61,239 nucleotides of DNA from Macrostomum lignano (taxonomy: Eukaryota), in contig NIVC01000865.1 of the NCBI GenBank assembly GCA_002269645.1, forward strand, positions 49,162-110,400. Reading direction: 5' to 3'. Shown here in pieces: positions 1-10,863 of the stretch (position 1 is the first letter of the stretch; each line of letters opens with the position of its first letter). Made by a program: the position numbers and the translations under genes. A model generated the notes under the pieces. That model had not been told where the DNA came from, made no database searches, and saw only the letters and a list, made by a program, of their open reading frames with translations.

Positions 1-598
1 GTCGTTCCACGCCTTCATCAGGATCCTCAGCTTCGAGGACCAGAAGCAGTGAGAGCGTGGAGAGAGTTCAGGCCTGGGAAGATGCGGACGTCATGGCGGT
101 GTTTGTCATTGAAGTCCGAGTTGGAAAAGGAAGCGAATGGAGCAGATCTGGGATGCACTCACCGATCCAGTAGTTTCCGTCGGGTCCCTCGCCGAACTCG
201 CTCTGGTACTGAGTCCAGTCGCGGTAAAAGTCCACTGAGCCGGGCACCTGCGCCGCACGGTGGTCCAGCAGTCACTGCCGGCTGTCTGCAAGGTGACACA
301 GGTGTGACTCACCCACACTGGCTGGGCTCTCTTGCTGGCATTGCGGCACTTCCTGGAGTGGCTCAGGCCCAGGCGACACCTGAAGTGAGCGCACAGGCCG
401 GAGCTGGCGTTGAACGCCACCAGCTGCACAGCGGAGTCGCTGGCTGGCAGCGATAATGCAGTCGACCTCATCCTGAACCAGTGCGACTTCACGGTCTCGT
501 AGTCGGAGAGGTTCTCAAGTGGCTTCGGTCACGTGATGCAGGACTGCAGCGAGCAATAGCAGCAGCAAAGCTACTCGACGGGCAGGTTGGAGATGCAT
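1..598 (-). CDS. Secreted fibrinogen-related (FReD) protein, 3'-partial, with apparent 1-bp frameshifts
   Basis: Manual translation of the minus strand. ATG at 598 gives a signal-like [20 protein letters not shown]. Exon 285-163 reads WTTVRRR/(V)[28 protein letters not shown], followed by a GT-AG intron at 162-74. The exon from 73 reads [25 protein letters not shown]. These match the FReD motifs WTVIQRRxDGSVDF, YWIGLxxLHxLT and LRI. Frameshifts fall at GG and AA runs. Confidence 0.8.
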
Positions 599-780
599 TT
601 CCTCTGAACATAGAATAGCGGGGTGAGAGCTGCCACTTCACTGTGGATTTCATCTGCTGATCCTTCAGTCCCACCTCCCTGCGATTGTCTCCTCCGACTC
701 TGAATATTATCAGAATTTTTAATAAAACAGACTTTATGAATATATTAGATAATTTAAAACTGAGGATATTTGGAAAAGAG

Positions 781-972
781 TGAAGAGTCGGGGAAGAGAG
801 CGGAGGGAGAGGGCAGAGGGAGAGGGCAGAGGGAGAGGGCAGAGGGAGGGGTGTAGGGAGAGGGCAGAGGGCGGAGGAAGAGGGCGGAGGGAGAGAGCGG
901 AGAGAGAGGGCAGATGGAGAGAGTGGATGGAGAGAGCGGAGGGAGTGGGCGGAGGGAGAGGAGGGAGAGGGC
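781..972. repeat. Purine-rich low-complexity repeat (GGGCAGAGGGAGA-like units)
   Basis: Almost purely G/A tract with recurring gagggcagagg units. Confidence 0.85.
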
Positions 973-1739
973 GGACGCCCGGATCATACCTCGTGCTCAA
1001 CAGACTCACCAGATAAGATGCCGTAATCTCTCAGTAATTGAAAAATTCTGTCGTCTGTCACCCAGCAGGCAGAATCTGAAACCCAATATAAAAGCCCTTA
1101 TACAAAAACAGGTGTACCTTGATAACTAGAACTTGGATAAGAAGCCACTTTAAATTTCAAATGTTACGAGCGTACATTCAACATTTAGTGCTTAATAGTT
1201 ACAATATAATGCTTTTGTATTGTAAAAGCATCCTGGCGGAAAAAGCTCACTTATAGCTCACACGGAATATAGTGTTTTGCTGCTGCTTAATGCCCACACG
1301 CAGACCAATAATGCAACTGCACCAAGTAGTTTTGGTCTAAAAGTTGCAATTGCATACGCATGCTGCGACTGGTTGTATAAACCTAAATCATCTACCGCTA
1401 AATCAATTCAAACTAAAGTTGATATCGTCAAACTAGCATCATTGGAAAATGTGGACTTATCCCCTGAGTCAGGTCAGAAATGCGTATTCCTTAACCACAA
1501 CAGCAGCTGGAAGTGGTTACGAAAAACTAGAGAAGTTAAACTATGAACAATGCGGAGTCAGGTGGTGAGCCCACTCAGAGCTGGGTCTCACCACTGCCAT
1601 CTTCTGCCTACAGCCCAACAGTGTGAATAAAAAGTTTCGAGGGAGCGGAAAGGGAGCGGTTTTGAATTTCTACAGCAGTCTGGCCGACTTCTTCAATGCG
1701 ATTGACCAGCCGCGGACATTGTCAGTGGCTCTTGGTGGC

Positions 1740-2608
1740 TTTGACTTACTTGACATAGCTGCAGGGGGCGTCCGGCGGATGCAGCGAGGAGGCGGAGGAG
1801 ACCGCCCATTCCACTAGCCCCTGGCGACCAAAGACTACCATCGAAGCGATGTCGCTCAGGGGGACCCGTCGGTCTCGCCTGCAGCGCCGTCCTCCTCACC
1901 CGCGGTAGGGAAGAAGTCAGCTCGTCCCGTGTCCCTGAGGTACCGGGCGAGCAGCGGGATGCTCTCGGGCCTGCAAACGTCGGAAAGAACCGGGTTCGGC
2001 CCGAGGTGAGTGAGCCTGGCCCTGGTGAAAACCGGGCAGTGGCAGATGAAGTGCTCAGCGTTTTCACTACCTGAGCGGCATAAGGGGCACCGCTCCTCGG
2101 GTACCTGGCCCTGAAGGAAGCGGCGAGAGAAGCAGCCATGCCCGGAGGGGGCCATACTAACTTCTCTGAGGTCTCTACGCCCAGGCTGCTGGCGAGCCTG
2201 AGGAGGGCTCTACGCAGGAGAGGAGAGGGGCAGGGGACGGCAGCACGGGATTTTCTGCAATTCCGGGTGTCGCGCCATCTGCGGAGATGCTCGGAATCAG
2301 CCTAGCGCTTAACGCGGGAGTTGATCACTGAGGCCGGGATGGGGGCTCCCGGGCCCGGCCCCAGCAGCGCGTCGGCGGAGCCAGCCTTAGCCAGCAGGTC
2401 AGCGCGCTCGTTGCCGAGGAAAGCAGCGTGGCCCGGGATCCATCTGAGCTCCACCTGGTTGCCTAGCGCAAGCCCATTGAGCTGGGCGTTGCAGTCCAGG
2501 ACAAATCTGGAGCTGGTGGTGCTGCGGCAGAGGGCCCGAAGGGCTGCTTGGCTGTCAGAGTGAAAAATAAATTTCCGACCGCTGAGCTGCCCACGGCGCA
2601 GCTCTGCC
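1740..2608 (-). mobile_element. 5'-truncated LINE (RNase H C-half, CCHC finger, 3' UTR) with 15-bp target-site duplication
   Basis: Minus strand reads FHSDSQAAL..WIPGHAAFLGNERADLLAK (RNase H), an in-frame TAG near 2304, then CPLCRSGSENAEHFICHC, homologous to the ORF2 C-terminus at 17899-21603. The 3' end ctgcagctatgtcaagtaagtcaa parallels the long copies. Direct repeat GTGGCTCTTGGTGGC at 1725-1739 and 2609-2623. Confidence 0.92.
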
Positions 2609-3671
2609 GTGGCTCTTGGTGGCGCTTGGTCAGTCTCTTGATGGCGCGCCCCTAGCTATCTTCTAGGCCGGTGCATGCCATGTCTTTTTTCAAGTGATAA
2701 AAGTTGAGCTCCTGTCATTTGTCTAGCTTGGTTTTCTCTTTCACTGAGTTTTTTTGGGGAGCACGACTTTGTGGGGCGACTAAAGAGGCCGCGGCCCACC
2801 TGGCCCCCTCTGCGTGGGCTACACCTCTTTATGCGGTGATCTCCGCCCTTAGAGAAGTGCAAGAGAAGACTGGACTGCCGATGGCTTTGCCCGGCGACTA
2901 CCTAATACTTAACATTAGGTATTGAACTACTAGTATTAAGCTACTTAAGCTACGTAGCTTAACTTCACTGATTCTCATACGAGCGCAGTTCACAAACTTC
3001 CAGCAAGATGGCTTCACGAGAAGTCACAAGCGGGACAAACATTAGGCAGCAGCAGCGATATAAGCACCGTACACAGCTTCCGGACTATCAAGCGTTATGG
3101 CGTAGCATCCTGGTGCTGAGACATCGACGCTATTTGTATGCGGACGTTGCAGCACTCGAGCCGACTCGAGAATGCTTGAAAAAGCACGAGATTCCCAAAT
3201 AACAATGTCCATAATAATCGACTATACCAATGCTATGACCAGCCCACACTGATCGAAAAGTGACGCTCATGCAGAAGATTTTAACAACCACAGGAAAGCA
3301 ATTGAGGCAATTTAATGCCCTCACTTTTGCGGCTCTGTTCATTCAACTGAAAAATAATAATTAAAGGAGACGAATTCCGGAATGTCAATTATTTGATTGA
3401 GAGAGCAAAGCGTTTAAATGATCGCAAACGGGTATCGTGCTTGATTACGATATTGAATCACTTGATGCTGTGGAAGAGCCACATCCACTGATAGGCGATC
3501 ACCCAATATTTTTGCACAAATGCTTTTGCAATTTATTCAAAAGGAAAAAATGCGCGTGACCCCAGATCCCCCTTGGCCGATCATTTTCTGCGATCTGCGC
3601 AGGAAATAAATACACATCGAGGTGAACCGGCCGATCTCACATCGCCGGGATCCCATCAACACGCCTTTGAA

Positions 3672-4774
3672 ATGTCGAACGATACGATTGACAAGCCGCG
3701 GAAGTTCATCGATAGCCTGCAGTTTCTGTTTATCGACTGCTGGAGCAATGCTCCCGAGGCTGTCTCGTTCTGCAGGATCAACACCGTGCTGGGATTCCTG
3801 TCCGGAATCATTCTCCCAATCTTCTTGGTAGGCGGATTCGTCGGGAACAGTCTTACTACTTATATCTACCTGAAGAAGCTGCGGCCTCTGACGCGTCAAG
3901 GTGTGTACTTCAGTGTCATCGCCATCTCTGACAATTTCCACCTCTTCATTGTTGGATTAATGTGGATGTTCTTGGCCAAGGGTCTGCCTTGGGTCAGCGG
4001 CGCTAGAATTGGTTTCTTTCATGTGAACGCGTCCGATGCTGCCTGTACCATTGTGCGCCATCTTGAAGCACTGTTCAGCGTCAGCTCCAGCGTTCTGTTC
4101 CTTGTGATGGTGGTTGACAGGTGTCTGACAGTGTATTTCCCGTTGAAGTTCCAGACGGTATCGGCGAAGACTTCGATGAAGGTGTGTCTCTTTGCTGCCA
4201 TCCTCAGCGCGGCTCTGGCTGCTCCCTACGGCTCGCAGTTTCGTTGGGTTATTTGGGGCGACTCGACTGTTTGCTTCTTTTCCCTTGAAGGCTGGCAGTA
4301 CACGGTGTTTTACACCTATGTAAGCCTTTTTGTTCTCCAGCGGCTGTTGAGTTCTTCATAATTTTGATAGCAAATGGATTCCTCATTTGCAAGATGAGGG
4401 ATATTGTGGCTGAGCAGGCTATGATTCGAGCGGGATCAGGTGAGAACAAGCTCACCAACACCATTATTTGTGTGGCCCTGTCCGCTGTGCTGCTTGTCTG
4501 CTCGATACCAACTGTCTTGGGCAACCTCATCAACATGACACTGACAATCATTGGCGCAGAGACTTCAATTGCCTTCCAGAAGATGCTTTGGGGCATTGTC
4601 GATATCGGAAGAGTTCTTGTGCTGTTCAATCAGTCGGTGAACTGGATTGTTCTGCTGTGGAAGAGCCGTCAATTTCGTCGGGCATTCCGTGAGATCTTTG
4701 GCTGCAGCAGCAGATCAGCTCGAGGCCTCGAAGCTGCCAACCCAAACGCTGCGCCCCGGGGCCAGAGTCCGTGA
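3672..4774 (+). CDS. Intronless rhodopsin-class (peptide-receptor-like) GPCR, ~367 aa after correcting one frameshift
   Basis: GFVGN in TM1, IAISD in TM2, VVDRCLTVYFP at the end of TM3, CSIP in TM6, NQSVNWIVLLWKSRQFR in TM7/H8. Adding one C at ctcc (~4336-4338) joins the two ORFs as LFVLPAAVEFFIILIANG and restores the TM5 proline. Confidence 0.88.
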
Positions 4775-5242
4775 TTTTGTCCGGGATTTGGCTGACATCT
4801 ACGTCAATTTGAAATGAATAATGACTAAATTCGTATGCAACGTTACGGAACTATAACGCCAACGCTGCAACGCTACGCAAAAAACTCAATATTCTAGGAG
4901 TCTTAAAGACAGAGCATATTACAGTGACAACTCGATTGTTAACCAATTTAATATGAAAAATAAATAAATATTAACCGGATACTTCTGCAACCCACTTTTA
5001 ATGACCTCGATTTTTTAATTAACTTTAGAGAAATTTGACTCATAGAGCTGTGGAACCTCTTATCCTATATACTAAAAATTAGGCAACTAAGAACAATGTG
5101 AGTGCAGATTACTTTTCACTCTACTACTCACCGATACTACTGGATCGGTGAATCTATAAGATCAGTTAGAATTTAACATTGTTGAGAATCGTTGTATATA
5201 AGGTCTTGACGCTATTAATTATTTCACTAAAAGTGGCCCAAA

Positions 5243-5323
5243 GACACTTCTGAGCCTGATGAAGCTGTGAAACGGTATGGAGAGCTGTGCTGAGTACTCC
5301 AGCTTCTCCGTAGGTCCTGTGTC
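5243..5323 (+). ncRNA. Candidate type I hammerhead ribozyme with minimal stem II
   Basis: CTGATGA (5256-5262), then A-GCTG-T (1-bp stem II), then GAAA (5269-5272). Stem III ACGG/CCGT gives cleavage triplet GUA (A at 5312). Stem I GAGC/GGTC has one mismatch, plus a distal GACAC/GTGTC helix. Folded by eye. Confidence 0.5.
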
Positions 5324-5432
5324 CGACAGCTACAGGCTACAGGAACTTTCCTACAGGAACCGTCGATGGTCCGTTCGTTTAGGATCTGATCTAGATTTCG
5401 AATTTTTGTAAAGTTGATTGTTTATTGGCAAA

Positions 5433-5592
5433 GGGGGTTGTAGCCTCAGGGGGTTGTAGCCTCAGGGGGTTGTAACCTCAGGGGGTTGTAGCCTCAGGGG
5501 GTTGTAGCCTCAGGGGGTTGTAGCCTCAGGGGGTTGTAGCCTCAGGGGGTTGTAGCCTCAGGGGGTTGTAGCCTCAGGGAGTTTCAGCCTCA
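5433..5592 (+). repeat. Ten 16-bp tandem units (GGGGGTTGTAGCCTCA) matching the 5' end of the adjacent SINE
   Basis: The first 14 nt of the unit equal the SINE head GGGGGTTGTAGCCTAG at 5593. Confidence 0.9.
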
Positions 5593-5905
5593 GGGGGTTG
5601 TAGCCTAGTGGTTAGAGCGTCGGACCCACGACTGAAAGGTCGGGGGTTCGATTCTCGGACCCACTCGGAACAATTGTGACTTTGAGCAAGACACTTGAGC
5701 AAGACACTTAATTCTGCATTGCTTCAGTTCACCCAGCTGTAAAATGGGTGCCAGCATTAGCTGGGGTAATTGAGGGTGTGTGGCGACCCCACAGTCCTTG
5801 GACTGAACAGCCGTACGCAGCCTTCAGATCCGGCGCTGCGGCGCCCTAGCTGCGGCCGAGCTGTCGGTTTTACATCTGGCTATTGGGGCAGGCGTAATCA
5901 ATTAT
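5593..5905 (+). mobile_element. tRNA-derived SINE with a CORE/Meta-like central domain and (ATT)n tail
   Basis: A-box-like TAGCCTAGTGG and B-box GGTTCGATTC. Central tttgagcaagacacttaa..cccagctgtaaaatggg resembles conserved SINE central domains. Further copies at 6310-6602, 38060-38310 and 54470-54593. Confidence 0.85.
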
Positions 5906-6309
5906 TATTATTGTTAATTTTAATATTTAATAGCAAAACTTGTTGGCTAGCTAATTCTAAGAAATGCGGTTTGTTAAAGTTACTAGGCCCACTGCAGAAT
6001 AACTTTGGCTACGCTATCTTCAAACGCACGGATGCTATAAGTTTACCAAATATTTCCTTGCTGAACCTTCGTTAAGCATAAAAAATTGACAAGTGAATTT
6101 TGGACTTAGACTGACCTGTCCAAACTTTTACTTCAGCCCCTTCTAGTTCAGAATATTTGTGTTCGTCACTGCATGCACTGCTTTATTTCGGCCTGCTTAT
6201 TCTTCTTTGTTAACTGTATTTTACACTACTGACAATTGTATCTTCATAGTAGTATGTTTTCTTTGTATATGTAATAATTATACTAATATTAATAGAATTG
6301 ATATTAATA

Positions 6310-6602
6310 TTAAATAATAATAGATTACCTCTTGCGCCAAATTTGGTCGGATGTGCAAACACGGATAGCTCAGCCACAGCTATTGCGTACGGTTGTTCAG
6401 TCCAAGGACTGTGGGGTCGCCACACACCCTCAATTACCCCAGCTAATGCTGGCACCCATTTTACAGCTGGGTGAACTGAAGCAATGCAGAATTAAGTGCC
6501 TTGCTGAAGGACACAAATTGTTCCAGTGGAATCGGGAATCCGGGAACCCCCGAAATTCAAGTCGTGACTTCGACGCTCTAACCACTAGTAGGCTGCAACC
6601 CC
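6310..6602 (-). mobile_element. Second copy of the same SINE, inverted
   Basis: Reverse complement closely matches 5593-5905, including ccccagctaatgctggcacccattttacagctgggtgaactgaagcaatgcagaattaagt. Confidence 0.85.
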
Positions 6603-6809
6603 TGGTAAAAGAATGCAAAATTGATAATTCAACGGTAGAAACTTAAATAGTCAATTTCTTGTTCTGGTATATTTTTCTGTTGATAAAATTTGTCATTAAT
6701 AAATATCTTTCATGGCGACACTGAATCATTTTCACCTTCTAAAATGATAGAATCTAGCAGTTCACATGCAATTTCGACTTCACTCGCCATTGTCTTTGTT
6801 CGGCTGGCT

Positions 6810-7390
6810 TCACTTGCCGTACTGAACGTAGGGCCCGTACTTGTTGAGCAGCCAGTTGTACTTTTGAAGGTCGCTGGAGCTCGGCTGCAGGGATCGAGCT
6901 TCGCTTGGACTGGAGTCCTCATTGACCAGCTTGTCGATCAGGCTCTGCAGGTCGCCTTTGTCGCTCTGAAGTATAAGAAGTAAAGCTTGCATTCTTATAG
7001 CATTTTCAAGTAATTAGTTTCCATAGGCTTTAGCAAGAAGCATCCGCAGGCACACGGAGAGGCATACCCTGAATTGGGAGAATTAGGCAAGCCACAGGGC
7101 AATTTCTGTGCAAAAGTACCAAATGGCCTCGCTCGAAATCGAACTTGGGTACTTCGGCGCGATTAGAACCAGAAGCGTAATTAAGTACAGAGCTGCTTTG
7201 CCCAATAAAATATCCCATGAAAAAATGCATGCTACTGGAAGTAGACCAAGTGAAACATATCAATTACACTGCACAAATAACTTACGGATCTGGGCAGGGC
7301 GTCTGCTCTGCCAGCAGACAGCAGGCAGACTGTGAAGGTGCAGATGCTGAACAGCAGAAGCATTTGAGCAACTGTTCCTTTGAGATGCAT
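6810..7390 (-). CDS. Two-exon secreted amidated-peptide precursor (86 aa), NPF/NPY-like helix
   Basis: Exon 1 (7390-7286) is MHLKGTVAQMLLLFSICTFTVCLLSAGRADALPRS with donor GTAAGT. Exon 2 (6965-6810) follows acceptor tacttcAG and reads SDKGDLQSLIDKLVNEDSSPSEARSLQPSSSDLQKYNWLLNKYGPYVQYGK*. Both junctions are phase 0. C-terminal GK amidation signal. Confidence 0.7.
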
Positions 7391-8064
7391 TTTCCAATAT
7401 TTGCGTTGCTAGCAGTTGGTCCAACACACACGCGAGTCTTGCCGAGATTCTAGCACTAACTGCAGTGTATATATAGTGTTCGCATTCCCCACTGCCGCGC
7501 CATGATTTGCAAGGCAGCCAGGATGACAGCTTGATAATTCGTATCCGACATTTCCCGATGGCGCACTCATCCGTCCTGTTTTAGAATTAAGCTACTACGA
7601 CGGCGACTCGCCGTGTTATAAGGCGAACATTTGCCTACGGAGTTGCCTCTTTGACATCTGTCTGACACATCTAATGCTCTGTCAACATACGCCTAAGAAA
7701 ACTACGCCCAGTTAATTATAGGTTGCAGGCCACACGGCGCTTTTGTATTCAAATAAAATGCCAACAATAATTCTGTAGAATCTGCGGCATGCCATTTAGA
7801 TAGTCTTATGCTGTCTGCCCACCTCTACTCAAGTATCTAAGAATTATGCTAGAAGCATTATACATGGGCGTGGTCGCACATATTCGATTTAGGGCATATT
7901 GATATTCACCGCAACTCTTCATGCAGTATCCTGTTTCAGCCAGTTTTTGTCTTTCCTTTTCTAGCATCTTAATACCTATGGCTTTGTCATTATCCTTTCT
8001 TGCTTTGCTAAGCCGGCTGAGCATAGTGTCGTGATCCCCTTGGGGAGTTCAGCACCTAAAAAAC

Positions 8065-9143
<1,079 letters not shown>

Positions 9144-10863
9144 AGTTACATTCATAAACGCAGGTGCACTATTAACCAGTTAATATTTATTATTGCGACA
9201 AAGTGGGGAACAACACTGAGGAAAAAGAAACTCAAGGCATCTTGCCATAAAGCATGAATACTTGCTCGCATGGATGCATCTCATCTTCAGAGACATCGAT
9301 TATCGACCGCCATTCTGCTGCAAGCCTGAGTGTGAGACACTTCTGCAGCACTCTTAAGTAAAAGCCGCAGGTGTGCGAGACTCAACTTGAGTCAGGAATT
9401 CTGCTCTGCTCTTTGCAGAAGAAATAAGGTGTGAGAAATTCCTTTTGTCGCAGTTGCTGTTGCTGCTGCTGGCTTCGGTCGATGTATCCAGTCTGTCTGT
9501 TTTGAGCAGCCCCTTAAGGATACTAAACCAACAGCTTGTGACTGTCTGAAGAAAACTCTAGTGTCTGAAAATCGTGCAGTTCACTTGGGTGCTTTCATTT
9601 GCACTTGTGACTAACTTGCTGGGATGCTACCAGTAGGAGCAACCATCCACCCAATGATTTACAGCAGGGCCAACAGTCTACCAAGGCGTGTGATTTCCCG
9701 CTTACGGCCCCCGTTGCTTTGCCCCAGTTAAAGACTGCTTAAAACTGATTGAAAAAACTACGGCTCGTAAAAGCGAAATCTGCAGGATGTACGCTTACAC
9801 GTGTATATTTTTTGTACTTTTTGCAGAAAATACATGCAAAATCAAATTAGTGACGCGATAGACTAAGCTAGTAGGCTACGCTCGTAGTTGACTGATCCGT
9901 GGCACTGGGTTTTCGTCCTTCAAATCTTTAAAATTTGATTCAAAATCAATAACATCAAGTGAGCCTTGCTTAATAATAATTGGTGCAACGAGGTGCGAGC
10001 AAGGGCTACTAGCTATTGGTTCATCATAAGGTGCAGCTGCAACTGTTCAAGTTCAAGAAGTTCAAGAAAGTTTCTTGCAACAAAGCGAACAGAGCAACTA
10101 CCGCAGTACAGTAATCGGCAGTCGACGTATTCTTCCCCGATGCCGTCATCAAGGACCACTTCTAGTTAACAGTAACTTCGTGTGGTCCTTGAACGTCATC
10201 TTCCCAATCGACGGAAGATTTTGTAGGCCAGGATGAAAATTCCGGCAACAACTACGACAATAACAGCGATGGCGAGGAATGCCACGATGAATGGCGACAG
10301 TAGGGCCACGGCTATTATTAGTAGCAGAACAATGCCGACTGAAAAGAGAGGGAGCAATAAATCCGGTTGACAATGAGTCATAAATCAGGTAATGATTGTA
10401 CCAGATAATTTACGATTGATCTTCGACTAAAAAATCCACCTAGACTCAGTGAAAACTCTCACGCAGTCGAAGGCCTCGCATTGTGCGCCTGAGCGCGGGT
10501 CGGTCCCTCTGGTAGATGTAGCGGCATCCGAACACGCTTAGCGCGTCAGTGTGACCGCCAAAGATTGACTCGACGTGCTGTTGAGACATCAGCAAGTAGC
10601 AGCTCAACTCCGGCGACCAGCTCTCGCCGCAGCGATAGCAGAAGACGTGCGAGCACTCGAGACAGCGGCTGCAGAACTCTTCTTGCTGGTGCTGCGCCGG
10701 TTGTAGCTGCTGTTGCTGCTGCTGTTGCTGCTGCTGGTGATGCAGATCGAGGCCCAGCGGCAGTGGAACCAGGGCGGAACATCGGGGACACTGTCGGGAT
10801 CGGGACAGCTGCAGTCCACTGACCGGATCGGTGACCATCTCGGTGGTCATTTCCTCTAACCGG
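9144..10863 (-). pseudogene. Duplicated 3' part of the RNF217-like gene (end of exon 3, last intron, TM exon, 3' flank), copy 1
   Basis: Near-identical to 22035-23755. Identity ends at ...tttcctctaaccgg (10863), where the LINE begins. Confidence 0.9.

Noticed and set aside
4320-4340. GTAAGC...CTCCAG as an intron in the GPCR
   Set aside because: It is only 21 nt and does not repair the frame; a single missing C does.
5136-5151. 16-bp identity with the reverse complement of 159-174
   Set aside because: About one such match is expected by chance in 61 kb, and there is no flanking similarity.
5593-5670. tRNA genes at the SINE heads
   Set aside because: They continue into a shared SINE body and lack a proper cloverleaf.
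7806-8024. 72-aa minus-strand ORF, and the GC-richer patch at 29480-29780
   Set aside because: No recognisable motif or convincing splice context in any reading, including reverse-only for the 29480-29780 patch.
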